NCBI RefSeq assembly: GCF_963921235.1
Contig: NC_086108.1
Span: 105,464,001 to 105,528,000, forward strand
DNA from: Mobula hypostoma
Lineage: Eukaryota
Direction of reading: 5' to 3'
DNA length: 64,000 nucleotides
The notes under the pieces are model-generated. The model searched no databases, was not told the origin of the DNA, and saw only the letters and a list, made by a program, of their open reading frames with translations. Made by a program: the position numbers and the translations under genes. Below, piece by piece: positions 10,605 through 23,055 of the stretch. Position 1 is the stretch's first letter. Each line of letters opens with the position of its first letter.

Positions 10605-13330
10605 CTATCAACTACACTTCGTGCTGTTGGGGAGGGTTTAAACTAGGTTTGCAGGGGGATGGGAACCAGAGTGCCAGAGCAGATGGTGGAGCGGGGGTGA
10701 AAATAGATTATGTTAAAAGTTCATGCAAAGTCACAAATAGAAGGGTTGTGTGTGGTGGTGATAGTCATAGTCATACTTTATTGATCCCGGGGGAAATTGG
10801 TTTTAGTTACAGTTGCACCATAAATAATAAATAGTAATAAAACCATAAATAGTTAAATAGTAATAGGTCCAGGACCAGCCTATTGGCTCAGGGTGTCTGA
10901 CCCTCCAAGGAAGGAGTTGTAAAGTTTGATGGCCACAGGCAGGAATGACTTCCTATGACGCTCTGTGTTGCATCTCGGTGGAATGAGTTTCTGGCTGAAT
11001 GTACTCCTGTGCCCAACCAATACATTATGTAGTGGATGGGAGACATTGTCCGAGATGGCATGCAACTTGGACAGCATCATCTTTTCAGACACCGCCGTCA
11101 GAGAGTCCAGTTCCATTCCTGCAACATCACTGGCCTTACGAATGAGTTTGTTGATTCTGTTGGTGTCTGCTACCCTCAGCCTGCTGCCCCAGCACACAAC
11201 AGCAAACATGATAGCACTGGCCACCACAGACTCGTAGAACATCCTCAGCACCGTCCGGCAGATGTTAAAGGACCTCAGTCTCCTCAGGAAGTACAGACAG
11301 CTCTGACCCCTCTTGTAGACAGCCTCAGTGTTCTTTGACCAGTCTAGTTTATTGTCAATTTGTATCCCCAGGTATTTGTAATCCTCCACCATGTCCACAC
11401 TGACCCCCTGGATGGAAACAGGGGTCACTGGTACCTTAGCTCTCCTCAGGCCTACCACCAGCTCCTTAGTCTTTTTCACATTAAGCTGTAGATAATTCTG
11501 CTCACACCATGTGACAAAGTTTCCTACCATAGCCCTGTACTCAGCCTCATCTCCCTTGCTGATGCATCCAACAATGCCAGAGTCATCAGAAAACTTCTGA
11601 AGATGACAAGACTCTGTACAGTAGTTGAAGTCTGAGGTGTAAATGGTGAAGAGAAAGGGAGACAAGACAATCCCCTGTGGAGCCCCAGTGCTGCTGATCA
11701 CTCTGTCGGACACACACTGTTGCAAGCACATGGACTGTGGTCTGCCAGTCAGGTAATCATCTTCTGAGATGTGTCTATTTCAATGCAAGGAGTATTGTGG
11801 GGAAGGCAGACGAGTTGAGGGCGTGGATTGACACATGGAATTACGATATTATAGCCATTAGTTAAACTTGGCTGCAGGAGGGGCAGAACTGACAGCTTAA
11901 TGTTCCAGGGTTCCAATGTTTCAGACGTGTTAAAGGCAGAGAAATGAAGGGAGCGGGGTGGCATTGCCAGTCAGGGAAAATAATACAGCAGTGTTCAGGC
12001 AGGACAGATCAGAGGGCTTGTCTACCCAGGCCATATGGGTGGAGCTGAGAAACAGGAAAGGTATGACCACATTAATGGGGTTGTATTATAGACCACCCAA
12101 TAGTCAACGAGAATTGGAGGAGCAAATCTGCAGAGAGATAGCAGACAACTGCAGGAAACATAAAGTTGTGATAGTAGGGGATTTTAATTTTCCACGTATT
12201 GATTGGGGCTCCCATACTGTTAAAGGTCTAGACAGGTTAGAGTTTGTAAAATGTGTTCAGGAAAATTTTCTAAATCAATATATAGAGGTACCAACTAGAG
12301 AGGATGCAATATTAGATCTCCTGTTAGGAAACGAGTTAGGACAGGTAACAGAAGTGTGTATAGGGGAGCACTTTGGTTCCAGTGATCATAACACCATTAG
12401 TTTCAACTTGATCATGGATAAAGAAAGATCTGGTCCTCGGGTTGAGGTTCTAAACTGGAAAAAGGCCAAATTTGAAGAAATGAGAAAGGATCTAAAAAGT
12501 GTGGATTGGGACAGGTTGTTCTCTGGCAAGGATGTGATTGGTAAGTGGGAGGCCTTCAAAGGAGAAATTTTGAGAGTGCAGAGTTTGTATGTTCCTGTCA
12601 GGATTAAAGGCAAAGTGAATAAGAATAAGGAACCTTGGTTCTCAGGGGATATTGGAACTCTGATAAAGAAGAGAGAGATGTATTACATATATAGGAAACA
12701 GGGAGCAAATAAGGTGCTAGAGGAGTATAACAAGTGCAAAAAACTACTTAAGAAAGAAATCAGGAGGGCTAAAGGAAGACATGAGGTTGCTTTGGCAGTT
12801 AAGGTGAAAGATAATCCAAAGAGCTTCTACAGGTATATTAAGAGTGGAAGGATAGTAAGGGATAAAATTGGCCCTCTTGAAGATCAGAGTGGTCGGCTAT
12901 GTATGGAACCAAAAGAAATGGGGGAGATCTAAAATGTTTTTTTTTGCGTCTGTATTTACTAAGGAAACTGGCATAGAGTCAATGGAAATAAGGCAAACAA
13001 GTAGTGAGGTCATGGAACCTTTACAGATTGAGGAGGAGGAGATGCTTGCTATCTTGAGGCAAATCAGAGAAGATAAATTCCCAGGACCTGACAAGGTATT
13101 CCCTCGGACCTTGAAGGAGACTAGTGTTGAAATTGCAGGGGCCCTGGCAGATATATTTAAAATGTCCGTATCTACAGGTGAAGTGCCGGAGGATTGGAGG
13201 ATAGCTCATGTTGTTCTGTTGTTTAAAAGAGGCTCTAAAATAATCCGGGAAATTATAGGCTGGTAATTTTGACGTTGGTAGTAGGTAAATTATTAGAAGG
13301 AGTACTGAGAGATAGGACCCACAAGTATCT
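10605..13330 (+). mobile_element. CR1 LINE 5'/ORF2 portion (APE domain to start of RT), interrupted at 10761-11758
   Basis: ORF 11958..12932 (GLYYRPP, VGDFNFP, SSDHN) and ORF 12868..13266 (KFPGPD...VPEDWRIAHV). Confidence 0.92.
10761..11758 (-). mobile_element. Young Rex1/Babar-type LINE, 5'-truncated, (ACTATG)n tail
   Basis: Open 283-aa ORF 10880..11731 with GAPQGIVLSPFLF, KFSDDS and YKYLG. Near-identical copy at 43285-44133. Confidence 0.92.
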
Positions 13331-13690
13331 ATTGATTTATTTTTGCATCTTATTGTAATTTTTACCTTTCTCCTTCTGGTCCCCACCTTCTTCCCCTTAT
13401 TCCATGCTTCACTGTCCTTTCATATCAATGCTATCTTCTTCAGCCCTTTATCACTTTCACCTATCACCATCCAGAAGCTTATATCATTCTTACTCTCCCC
13501 CCTTCGACATCAGCGTACCACACTCTTCACCTGATCTACATCACCTGCCCATTTCTTGCCACCTCCCCCAATCTCTGTATACTGGCTATCTCCCCTCTTC
13601 CTTTCCAGGGTGTCAACCCAAAATATTGACTGTCCATTTCTTTCCATAGATTCTACCTGGCACATTTAGTTCCTCCACTGCTTTCTAATT
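13330..13690 (+). mobile_element. Decayed Penelope pLTR
   Basis: Pyrimidine tract with ctatcacc motifs, then remnants cccaaaatattgactgtcc and agttcctcca. Confidence 0.6.
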
Positions 13691-13784
13691 GGTATTGGTT
13701 TATTACTGTCACATGGACTAAGTGTGAAAGGCTTGTCTTGCATACTTTTCAAACAGATCGAATCATTACACAGTGCATTGAGGC

Positions 13785-14370
13785 GAGGGCTTCGTTGGTT
13801 GGGGTCAACCTTGGATGTTGTGTCCTAGCTGTCTAGATAGCGTAGCCGGGGCAGTACAATGTGGAGAGCAAGCTGTTGCCCATGTAGCAAGCTCCCCCTC
13901 TCCACATTTCCGATAAACCCAAAGGAACATTAGAGTCTAATATAGTTTGGTATCAACAGCGTTGCAAGAGTTTCCAGTCAGCATTTAACTCAAAGTAGGA
14001 CTGCCTTAGGGACTCCAGCTCTGGATTTTTCCCTTGGGGTTTACTCCCGAAGCCTTCCCCATGAGTGAGTATTGCCGCAAGGCAGTGGAGCTTTGGGATC
14101 AGAGTTTTCTTTTTCCTAGATGAGCTGCCAACCATGACTGATGAGCACCGTCTGCCTGGAACGACTGGTCTTAAGGTGCCAGTACCCTGCCTTTGCCCCT
14201 TCTCTTAGTAGAAACAGTTCCACTAGGCTTAGTAGCTGAGCCACATTTTAAGACCAGGAGCTGAACTTATTTGTCAGACGCTATTTGAGGTGTTGGCCAT
14301 TGGGAGCATTTAAAAGGTGGGAGCTTATCCCCAATACCATCCCTAGGGATAACAACTTTAAGGAACCATG
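13785..14370 (-). mobile_element. Non-autonomous RTE-derived element (5'UTR-like body plus 3' end), inserted in a Rex-type tail
   Basis: TSD ttgagg. The minus strand carries ggttggcagctcatctaggaaaaagaaaactctga, resembling RTE 5'UTRs. Its 3' part is shared with the SINE at 22753. Confidence 0.6.
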
Positions 14371-14989
14371 TTGAGGTAGAAGAAGATAAAATAATAACAA
14401 TACAGAATAAAGCATAAAAGCTACAGAGAAAGTGCAGTGCAGGTTAGCAATATAGTACAAGATCATACCAAGGTAGTTGGTGAGGTCAAGGTCTTATGGT
14501 ACTAGGAATCATTCCATAGTCTTATAACGGTGGGGTAGAAGTTGTCCTTAAGCCTGGTGGTATGTGTTTTCAGAGCTTTGTATCTTCTGGGAAGGGAGAG
14601 AAAAGAAAATGTCCATGGTGGGTATAGTCTTTGATTTATCTGGTGGCTTTACTGAGGTAGTGAAAAGTATAGATGGAGTCCATGGAAAAGAGTCTGGTTT
14701 CCATGACATGCTGAGCTGTGTCCACAACTCTACAGTTTCCCGTGCTCTCGGGTAGAGCAGATATTGTACAAAGCCATAATGCATCCTGATGGGATGGTTT
14801 CTATGGTGCATTGATAAAAATTGGGTTAATATCAGTGTTTATTACCCAGTACATATTATTTATGACAACACCAGCAGCATTATACTGATGTATATTTAAC
14901 TATATTTTGTACATGCACAGAATATTTTTATTATCTGTTAATATTGTCGTGTTGATACTATTTTACATGCTGTATGTAATATATGGACT

Positions 14990-15580
14990 GTGTTTTGCAC
15001 CTTGGTCCTGAAGCTGTTCCTGAAACGTTGAGAGTCATCAGGCTCCTGTACCTCCTTTCTGCTGGTAGCAATGAGAAGAGGGCATGACCTGGGCGATGGG
15101 AGTCCGAAATGATGGATGCCGCCTTCTCGAGGCATCGCTTTCTGAAGGTGTCTTGGATGCTGGGGTGGCTGGTACCCATGATGGAGCTGGCTGAGTTTAC
15201 AACTTTCTGCAGCTTTTTCCAATTATGTGCAGTGACCTCTCCATACCAGATGGCATGCAACCAGTCAGAATACTCTCTACAGTACACCTGTAGAAATATG
15301 CAAGAGTCTTTGGTGATGTATTAAGTGTTCTCAAACTCCTAATGAAACATAGCCACTGTTGTGCCTTCTTTGCAATTGCGTTGATATGTTGGACCCAAGT
15401 TAAAACTTCAGGGGTTTTAACACTCAGGAACTTGAAATTGCTCAGCTTTTCCTCTACTGACCCCTCAATGAGGATTGATGTGTGTTTCTCGGCTCCCCCT
15501 TCCTGCAGCAAACAATAAAATCCTTGGTTTTGCTGACGTTGAGTGCAAGGTTGTTCTTGCAACACCGCTCAACTAGATGA
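14990..15580 (-). mobile_element. Rex1-type LINE fragment
   Basis: ORFs 15197..15565 (FKFLSV...AKKAQQWL...FYRCTVESILTGC) and 14958..15287 (HPGHALFSLLP-like). Confidence 0.82.
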
Positions 15581-16156
15581 TTCCATAACCGCATAGTTTA
15601 CTTACCTGTTACAGATCACTTACCGCTGTTAAGGAAGGCAGGTTTCTGTCCCTGAATATAAATTAATATTTTCTGCTCAGGACTTCCTCCCACATTCCAA
15701 AAACGTACAGATTAGAGTCAGTTAATTGTGGGCATACCACGTTCACACAGGAAGTGTGGCGACACGTGCCAGCCGCCCAGCACAACCGCTGCTGATTTAT
15801 GCATTTCACTGTATGTTTTGGTGTTTTGATGTACATGTGACAACTAAAGCTAATCTTTGTATTTAATCCACAAAATCTCTTGTATTTATTGGTGAACCAG
15901 GTTAGATTTTTACAACATTCAATAACTTCATGGTCACCATTACTAATACTAATTCTTGTATTTCAAGTTAATTGCCTGAATTTAAATGTTTCATTTTCTC
16001 TGGAGAGATATAAAAGTTCTTCCAGGTCAATAGTCCAGGCTTCAGATTATGAGGACTGTAATTTACTGCTGGTTAGCTGACTAATTGAAGTGTAATCACT
16101 GATGGAATAGAGCAAACGAGGCAGATAATTAGTGCATACCCGACACTCAGAAACAG

Positions 16157-16818
16157 GCCTTCTATATATTGGCAAGACCCGACGCAGACTGGGAGATCGT
16201 TTCGCTGAACACCTACGCTCTGTCCGCCAGAGAAAGCAGGACCTCCCAGTGATCACGCATTTTAATTCCATGTCCCATTCCTATTCTGATATGTCTACCC
16301 ACGGCCTTCTCCACTGTAAAGATGAAGCCACACTCAGGTTGGAGGAACAACACTTTATATTCTGTCTGGGTAGCCTCCAACCTGATGGCATGAACATTGA
16401 CTTCTCAAATTTCCGCTAATGCCCCACCTCCCCCTCGTACCCCATCCGTTATTTATTTATATACACACATTCTTTCTCTCTCTCTCCTTTTTCTCCCTCT
16501 GTCCCTCTCACTTTACCCCTTGCCCATCCTCTGGGCTTTTTCCCCCCCTCCTCCTTTTCCTTCTCCCTGGGCCTCCTGTCCCATGATCCTCTCATATCCC
16601 TTTTGCCTATCACCTGTCCAGCTCTTGGCTCCATCCCTTCCCCTCCTGTCTTCTCCTATCATTTTGGATCTCCCCCTCCCCCTCCCACTTTCAAATCTCT
16701 TACTAACTCTTCCTTCAGTTAGTCCTGACGAAGGGTCTCGGCCCAAAACGTCGACTGTACCTCTTCCTAGAGATGCTGCCTGGCCTGCTGCGTTCACCAG
16801 CGACTTTTTTGTGTGTTG
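16157..16818 (+). mobile_element. Penelope-like element, young 5'-truncated insertion
   Basis: ORF 16132..16419 (GLLYIGKTRRRLGDRFAEH...RLEEQHFI...QPDGMN) is a GIY-YIG endonuclease C-terminal half. 11-bp TSD CTCAGAAACAG at 16146-16156 and 16819-16829. Confidence 0.93.
16720..16757 (+). ncRNA. Minimal type I hammerhead ribozyme (G12-to-A variant)
   Basis: tAGTC-CTGACGA-A-GGGT-CTCG-GCCC-AAAA-CGTC-GACTg. Stems I and II are intact and the GUC site is present. GAAA has become AAAA, a CpG-type change. Confidence 0.75.
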
Positions 16819-17019
16819 CTCAGAAACAGTAATGGCCAGATCTGCTTTCTCATAGTGATAGTGGATGAGGGAGGAATGTTGGTCAGGAAGGACCCCTTAG
16901 TTCGTCTTATCTCATTAAATCTTTTACGTTATAGCTGCCTGTACAGGAACCAAATTCTGATTCAGAATCAGATTAAGTTTCAGGTTCCAATTCAGATTCA
17001 GTATTTGCCACATGTGCAT

Positions 17020-17322
17020 TGGAAGTCTAAGACCAGAGGACATAGCCTCAGAATAGAGGGGCATCCTTTTGGAACGGAGATGAGGGGGAATTTCTTTAGT
17101 CAGAGAGTGGTGAATCTGTAGAATTCATTGCCATTGGTGGCCATGGAGGCCAAGTCATTGAGTATGTTTAAGGCAGAGGCTGATAGATTCTTGATTAGCC
17201 AGGGCATGAAGTGATACGGGGAGGTGTCTGAGAGAGAAAATAGATCAGTCAGGATGAAATGGTGGAGAGAGCCTTGTTGGGCCAGATGGCCTAATTCTGC
17301 TTCTATATCTGATGGTCTTATG
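17020..17322 (+). mobile_element. CR1 LINE 3' end
   Basis: KTRGHSLRIEG...NFFSQRVVNL followed by a 3'UTR. Confidence 0.88.
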
Positions 17323-18140
17323 GAAGCATACAGCAAAATGTGTTGTTTGTGTTAACAACTAGCACACTTAAGGATGTGCTGGGGGAAGACCCATGTGCCG
17401 CTACGCATTCTGGTGCAATATAGTAAGCCCACAATGTTCAGCAGAACAACGCAAGCAACAACAACAACAACAACAGAACAAAGCAAGACAACAATAGACA
17501 AACAATCCACTTTTCCACCCTCGCATGACGTCATATACACTGACAGGCATCTAACCCCAGCATAGGCTGCCTCCGGACCTCTGTTTCACGATTCTTTAGT
17601 AAATGGTAAAATATTACTGATGCTGTGGTGAAATACCTTCAGTGTAGGATGGCGTTGTGGATAAGCTACAGAACTAGCATCTCATGTACTCCAAAGATTG
17701 AGAGACCTGATTTCAAATTCCTTTGTGGAGTTTGCATGCAGCAGGCTGAATACTTTCATTCTGTAACACACTTTCTCACTGATTCCCATGTTAGTTTCAG
17801 ATAGCTCCTTGTGGGAGCATGCTGTGTGCATATTGGTTGCTATGTTTTCTGCGCCTGTGCCTTAGGAGGAATTTCATTTGTGGTGAAACATAGTCACATG
17901 ACCCAAGCTGTCAAATAATTAATAACCACTTTGCACTAAAATGGACATTGCTTTTTTTTTGTTCTGATAATGTTCTTTCTTGTAAAAATAAATGAATAAT
18001 TGTTGTTTTTCATGGGAATGCTATTTACATGAATGGTCTCGGCTCAAAACAAAGACTCCTTTTATTCCCCTTTACAGATGCTGCCTGACCTGCTGAGTTT
18101 TGTGTGTGTTACTCCGGATTTTCCGCATCTGCCGAATCTT

Positions 18141-18143
18141 TTG

Positions 18144-18190
<47 letters not shown>
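18141..18190. repeat. (TG)n microsatellite
   Basis: Direct inspection. Confidence 0.97.
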
Positions 18191-18192
<2 letters not shown>

Positions 18193-20604
18193 GGTGGGAG
18201 GGAGAAAAGTTTTCATGCTATAAGCTTTTCATGGTACCTGTGCAGATCTGTACTTGTGCGCATGACAGTAAATGTGACTTCGACTTCAAAAGTAGAAGTA
18301 AGCATTTAGTTCTAGTCATTGGGTATATTTAAAGTGGAGGTTGATATGTTCTTGACGAGTAAGGGTGACTAAATGAGAAACTTGACTTTGACCTTAGACT
18401 AGAGGAATTTGATTAACTTTTTTAACTTTTGCCATTAGATTTTTGGTCAGAACTTTGCCCCACTTTTGAGTATCTCTGCTGATGTTTTACAGGGAAGGCC
18501 TTTATTGTCAATGAACCAAAGGCTGCAGGTAATCCTTTATTGGAAAATGGTGATAATTTAAAATAAGATCATTCTCACATTTTTCTTTGTTACTGTTGTG
18601 TACCATTCAGCTAGGTCTTCTAAATAAATAATACAGACTACAGCAAAATCAGAGTGGATCAGATTATTGTTTATTGCTTGCAAGGGAAGACTACCTTTGT
18701 ATGTTAAGTCATCAGTAGAAAGTTTCAATCTTACAGTGCAAAATAGATCATTTTTACATATTTGCAGGATCCAGTAATCATCAACTTCATGACTTTGAGG
18801 CTGTTCCATCTCTTAATTGCTTCTTGTTTATCTCTTATTTGCCTTGCATGAGGCCCTTTGTCTTTGTCCTTGAGGCTTCACCTCCTCCCCCCCCGCCCCC
18901 ACCAACAGCTGTGTCTTGCTTTTCCGCTTTTAATCATGCAACACCCAAAAACTTCCTGCTCTAACTCATATATTGTTGTAAGCTTCTTATCCGGCTATGT
19001 AAGCAAATCAGCAAAGCACTCTGGGATTATACAGATTCCATCTTGTCACATTACTATTTAAAAAGGTTATAAATTCATGAAGACTTCAAGGTTACAGATA
19101 TATTTCCACATTATAATTTAAATTCTTCCCTCTGGGTAAGGCATCTGATGCCTGCCAATGTTGTCACCCCTGCATCAAACATCCACAATATTTTGGCTGC
19201 TTTTCAGATGTCTGTCATTGCCTTCTAGTGCTTTCTGTTTGAAACAAGCAGCTTGTTCTCTTCTTCATGTGCTCCAATTCTCTAATCTGAAGCAGCCCTC
19301 TGGCCTCCTAACAATCATGAATAACTTTGTCATAGAAAAGTAGCATCCATCATCAAAGATCCTCACCACCCTTGCCATGCTCTTTTCTCACTGCTGCCAT
19401 CGTGTAGATGGTACAGGTATCTCAGTACTCACACCACCAGGTTCAAGAATAGTTACTGCCCCTCAACCATCAGGCTCTTGATCAAAAGGGGATAGCCACA
19501 CTCATTGAAGGACTCTGTTATATTGTTATTTCATGCTTGTTATTTACAGTTATTTATTTATATTTGCATTTGTACAGTTTTTTTATAGTTAACAGTTCCC
19601 GATGTTTACAGTTTTTAGTTTCTGTTCTATAGATTTGCTATGTATGCTCACAGAAAAAAGAACCGCAGGGTTGTATGTACTCTGATAATAAATTCTGCTT
19701 TGAATATTGATCTTTGTCACAGTACAACAGTAGTAGTGAGATCACCCAAGCTGAGTATGATGTTCTCCTAAGGCAGGGTCTTAACTAGCCTGGCAGAACA
19801 TTTTGGGCCGAAAGGCCAGTTCCTGTGATGTGCTGCTCTGTGTTCTAAGTTCAGCGTTTGAATAGCCAATGCAGCAGAAAGCTTATTTATATTTTCATTA
19901 CATATAACAAAGTCACAAAAAGCTGGGGGAACTCGGCAGGTCAGGCAGCTTCTACGGAAAGGAATAAACAGTTGACACTTTGGGCTGAGAGACCCTTCAT
20001 CGCCTTGATGATGAGCCCTTGCAGCATTTGTGTGTGCTAATCTGGATCTCTCGTGCTTATATTTTCACAGAGCAGGGGGCAGCTATGGTGAGGAATTGTA
20101 TCACTTATTTTATTTAGAGATACTCCATGGTAACAGGCCCTTCTGGCCCACAGCTTCTATTTACACCCATGTGACCAATGAACCTACAACCCACGCGTTT
20201 TGGAATGTGGGAGGAAACTGGTGAACCCAGAGGAAACCCACGCGGTCCATGGGGAGAATGTACAAACTCCCTATATAGAGCGGTGAGAACTGAACCCTGG
20301 TTGAATGTGGAATCATTCATTGTAGAATGTTTTGTTGTAGATAATGCATGTTTATAGAGTTATAGATGTGTATAGCAGGCCAATCAGCCCACAGAGTCTA
20401 TACTGACTACCATTTCTGTTTCCTGCAAGGCGCTCATTCAAGTAGCTGTCCAGATGCCTTTTAAATGTCATTACTGCTCCTGTCTCCACCACCTCCTTTG
20501 GCAGCTCATTCCAGAGACTTCGTGTCAATACTTTTCCTTTCAGATTCTCTTTGAACCTCTTCCCAGTCTCCTTAAATGATCCCCACCAGTCTTACCATGG
20601 AAAC

Positions 20605-21995
20605 TGGCGCCACGGTAGTGTAGCGATTAGTGCAACGCTATTACAGCTTGGGGTCTCGGCGTTCGGAGTGCAGTTCCAACGTCATCTGTAAGAAAAGGAA
20701 GGCAGATTACTATCAGGAAACAAAGAGTAGGGCTTAATGGGTCTTTTTCAGAATGGCAGGCAGTGACTAGTGGGGTACCGCAAGGCTCGGTGCTGGGATC
20801 GCAGCTATTTACAATATACGTTTGTACATTAATGATTTAGATGAAGGGATTAAAAGCAACATTAGCAAATTTGCAGATGACACAAAGCTGGGTGGCAGTG
20901 TGAAATGTGAGGAGGATGTTATGAGAATGCAGGGTGACTTGGACAGGTTGGGTGAGTGGGCAGATGCATGGCAGATGCAGTTTAATGTGGATAAATGTGA
21001 GGTTATCCACTTTGGTAGGAAGAACAGGAAGGTAGATTACTATCTGAATGGTGTCAAGTTAGGAAAAGGGGAAGTACAACGAGATCTAGGTGTCCTTGTT
21101 CATCAGTCACTGAAAGTAAGCATGTAGCTACAGTGGGCAATGAAGAAAGCTAATGGCATGCTGGCCTGCATAACAAGGGGAATTGAGTATAGCAGCAAAG
21201 AGGTCCTTCTGCAGTTGTACAGGGCCCTGGTGAGACCACACCTGGAATATTGTGTACAGTTTTGGTCTCCAAATTTGAGGAAGGACATTCTAACTATTGA
21301 GGGAGTGCAGCGTAGGTTCACAAGGTTAATTCCCGGGATGGAGGGACTGTCAAAGTTGAAAGATTGGAGCGACTGGGCTTGTACACATTGGAATTTAGAA
21401 GGATGAGAGGGGATCTGATTGAAACATGTAAGATTATTAAGGGATTGGGCATGCTATAAGGAAACATGTTCCCGATGTTGGGGGAGTCCAGAACCAGAGG
21501 CCACAGTTTAAGAATAAGGGGTAGACAATTTAGAACTTTTTCACACAGAGGGTTGTGGTTCTGTGGAATGCTCTGCCTCAGAAGGCAGTGGAGGCCAATT
21601 TTCTGGATTCTTTCAAAAAAGAATTAGATAGAGCTCTTAAAGATAGCGGAGTGAAGGGATATGGGGAGAAGGCAGGAAAAGGGTACAGATTGTGGACGAT
21701 CAACAGTGATCACAGTGAATGATGGTGCTGGCTCGAAGGGCTGAATGGCCTACTCCTGCACCTATTGTCTATTGTCTATTGTAAGGATGCCCAAGTCCTG
21801 CCTGAGGAATGTGTGGCCTTTTCCTGGGTGCTCCGGTTTCCCCCCACAGTCCAAACGATGTACTGGGTAGGTTAATTGGTCATTGTAAATTGTTCCATGG
21901 TTAGGTCAGTGTTAAAGCGGAGTTGTCGGGGGTTACTGGGTGGCGCGGCTTGGAGAACTGGAAGGGCCTATTCTGTGCTGTATGTCTAAGTAAAT
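20605..21995 (+). mobile_element. tRNA-derived V-SINE split by a CR1 insertion; related copies at 20105-20305(-), 37980-38190(-), 41728-41995(+) and 44146-44435(-)
   Basis: tRNA-like head at 20605-20690, V-domain-like gggtgctccggtttcc at about 21826, CR1-like tail. tgtaag is repeated on both sides of the insert. Confidence 0.75.
20692..21779 (+). mobile_element. CR1 LINE RT/3' fragment
   Basis: ORFs with YINDLD...KFADDTK and LVRPHLEYC, and a ctattgtctatt tail. Confidence 0.93.
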
Positions 21996-22124
21996 ATGTA
22001 AATAAGTAAATAAATAACTGGGTCTGGCCTGCTACACAATCTATACCTCACATCATATTACATGCCCGTATCAGCTTGCTGCCTCCTTTGCTCCGGGGAG
22101 AAAAAGACACAGCCAATCCAAAAC

Positions 22125-22306
22125 TCAAGAAATTCTGCAGATGCTGAAATCCAGAGCAGCACACACAAAATGCTGGAGGAACTCAGCAGGTTAGTCAGTA
22201 TCTACAGAGAGGAACAAAGAGCTGACATTTTGGGCCAAGACTCTGATTAGCTCTTTGTTCTGATGCTGCCTGCCCTGCTGAGTTCCTCCAGTATTTTGTG
22301 TGTGTT
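22125..22306. repeat. Inverted (fold-back) pair of Penelope pLTR termini
   Basis: 22160-22190 is the reverse complement of 22274-22304 (1 mismatch). 22212-22225 pairs with 22247-22260. Confidence 0.85.
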
Positions 22307-22364
22307 ATAGTCTGTCGAATCTGTCCTCATAACTCAAGCTCTCCAGTACAGGCTACATCAACAA

Positions 22365-22622
22365 AAAACATCCAGTGAGCAGCAGTTCTGTAGACGAAGA
22401 TGCCTTGTTAATGAGGGAGGTCAGGGTAGAATAGCCGGACTGGTTCAAGCTGACAGAAGGGTGACAGTAACTCAAATAACCATGTGTTACAATGAAGTTG
22501 TGCAGAAGAGCATCTCTGAACATATCAAATCTTCAAGTAGACGGGCTAAGGTAGCAGAAGACCATGACCATTGTCACTTGATTAGGTACAGGAAGTATCT
22601 CATAAGGTGGCCACTGAGTATA
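22365..22622 (+). mobile_element. Tc1-derived non-autonomous fragment (same family as 41205-42015)
   Basis: Shared gactggttcaagctgacag...tcaaataacc...gcatctctgaa, ending in TIR-like gtggccactgagt. Confidence 0.75.
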
Positions 22623-22752
22623 ATTTCAAGAATTTGTTTGATAAAGAGGGATTTGGGCAAGGTACCACTGAAAACCCACAGAATTACCCTTCAATGTGGA
22701 CATATCTTCCTTTCTTCTAATTCTGCTTAATTTGGTTAATCTGTCGGTGCTC

Positions 22753-23055
22753 AGCGTGTGGCCAAGTGGTTAAGGCGTTCGTCTAATGATTTGATGGTCG
22801 CTAGTTCGAGCCCTGGCTGAGGCAGCGTGTTGTGTCCTTGAGCAAGGCACTTAACCACACATTGCTCTGCGACGACACCAGTGCCAAGCTGTATGGGTCC
22901 TAATGTCCTTCCCTTGGACAACATTGGTGTCGTGGAGAGGGGAGACTTGCAGCATTGGCAACTGCCGGTCTTCCATACAACCTTGCCCAGGCCTGCGCCC
23001 TGGAAACCTTCCAAGGCGCAAATCCATGGTCTCATGAGACTGACGGATGCCTATA
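22753..23055 (+). mobile_element. tRNA-derived SINE with RTE-like 3' half
   Basis: A-box TGGCCAAGTGG, B-box GTTCGAGCC, then tgtgtccttgagcaaggcacttaac. TSD tcRgtgctc at both flanks. Confidence 0.85.

Noticed and set aside
17800..17885. Ancient DeuSINE/AmnSINE-like remnant (also about 42770-42805)
   Set aside because: Only a short degenerate resemblance; it cannot be supported without a profile search.
22755..22825. tRNA gene (also 36100-36172)
   Set aside because: A and B boxes are present but run into a SINE body with TSDs, and I found no clean acceptor stem.
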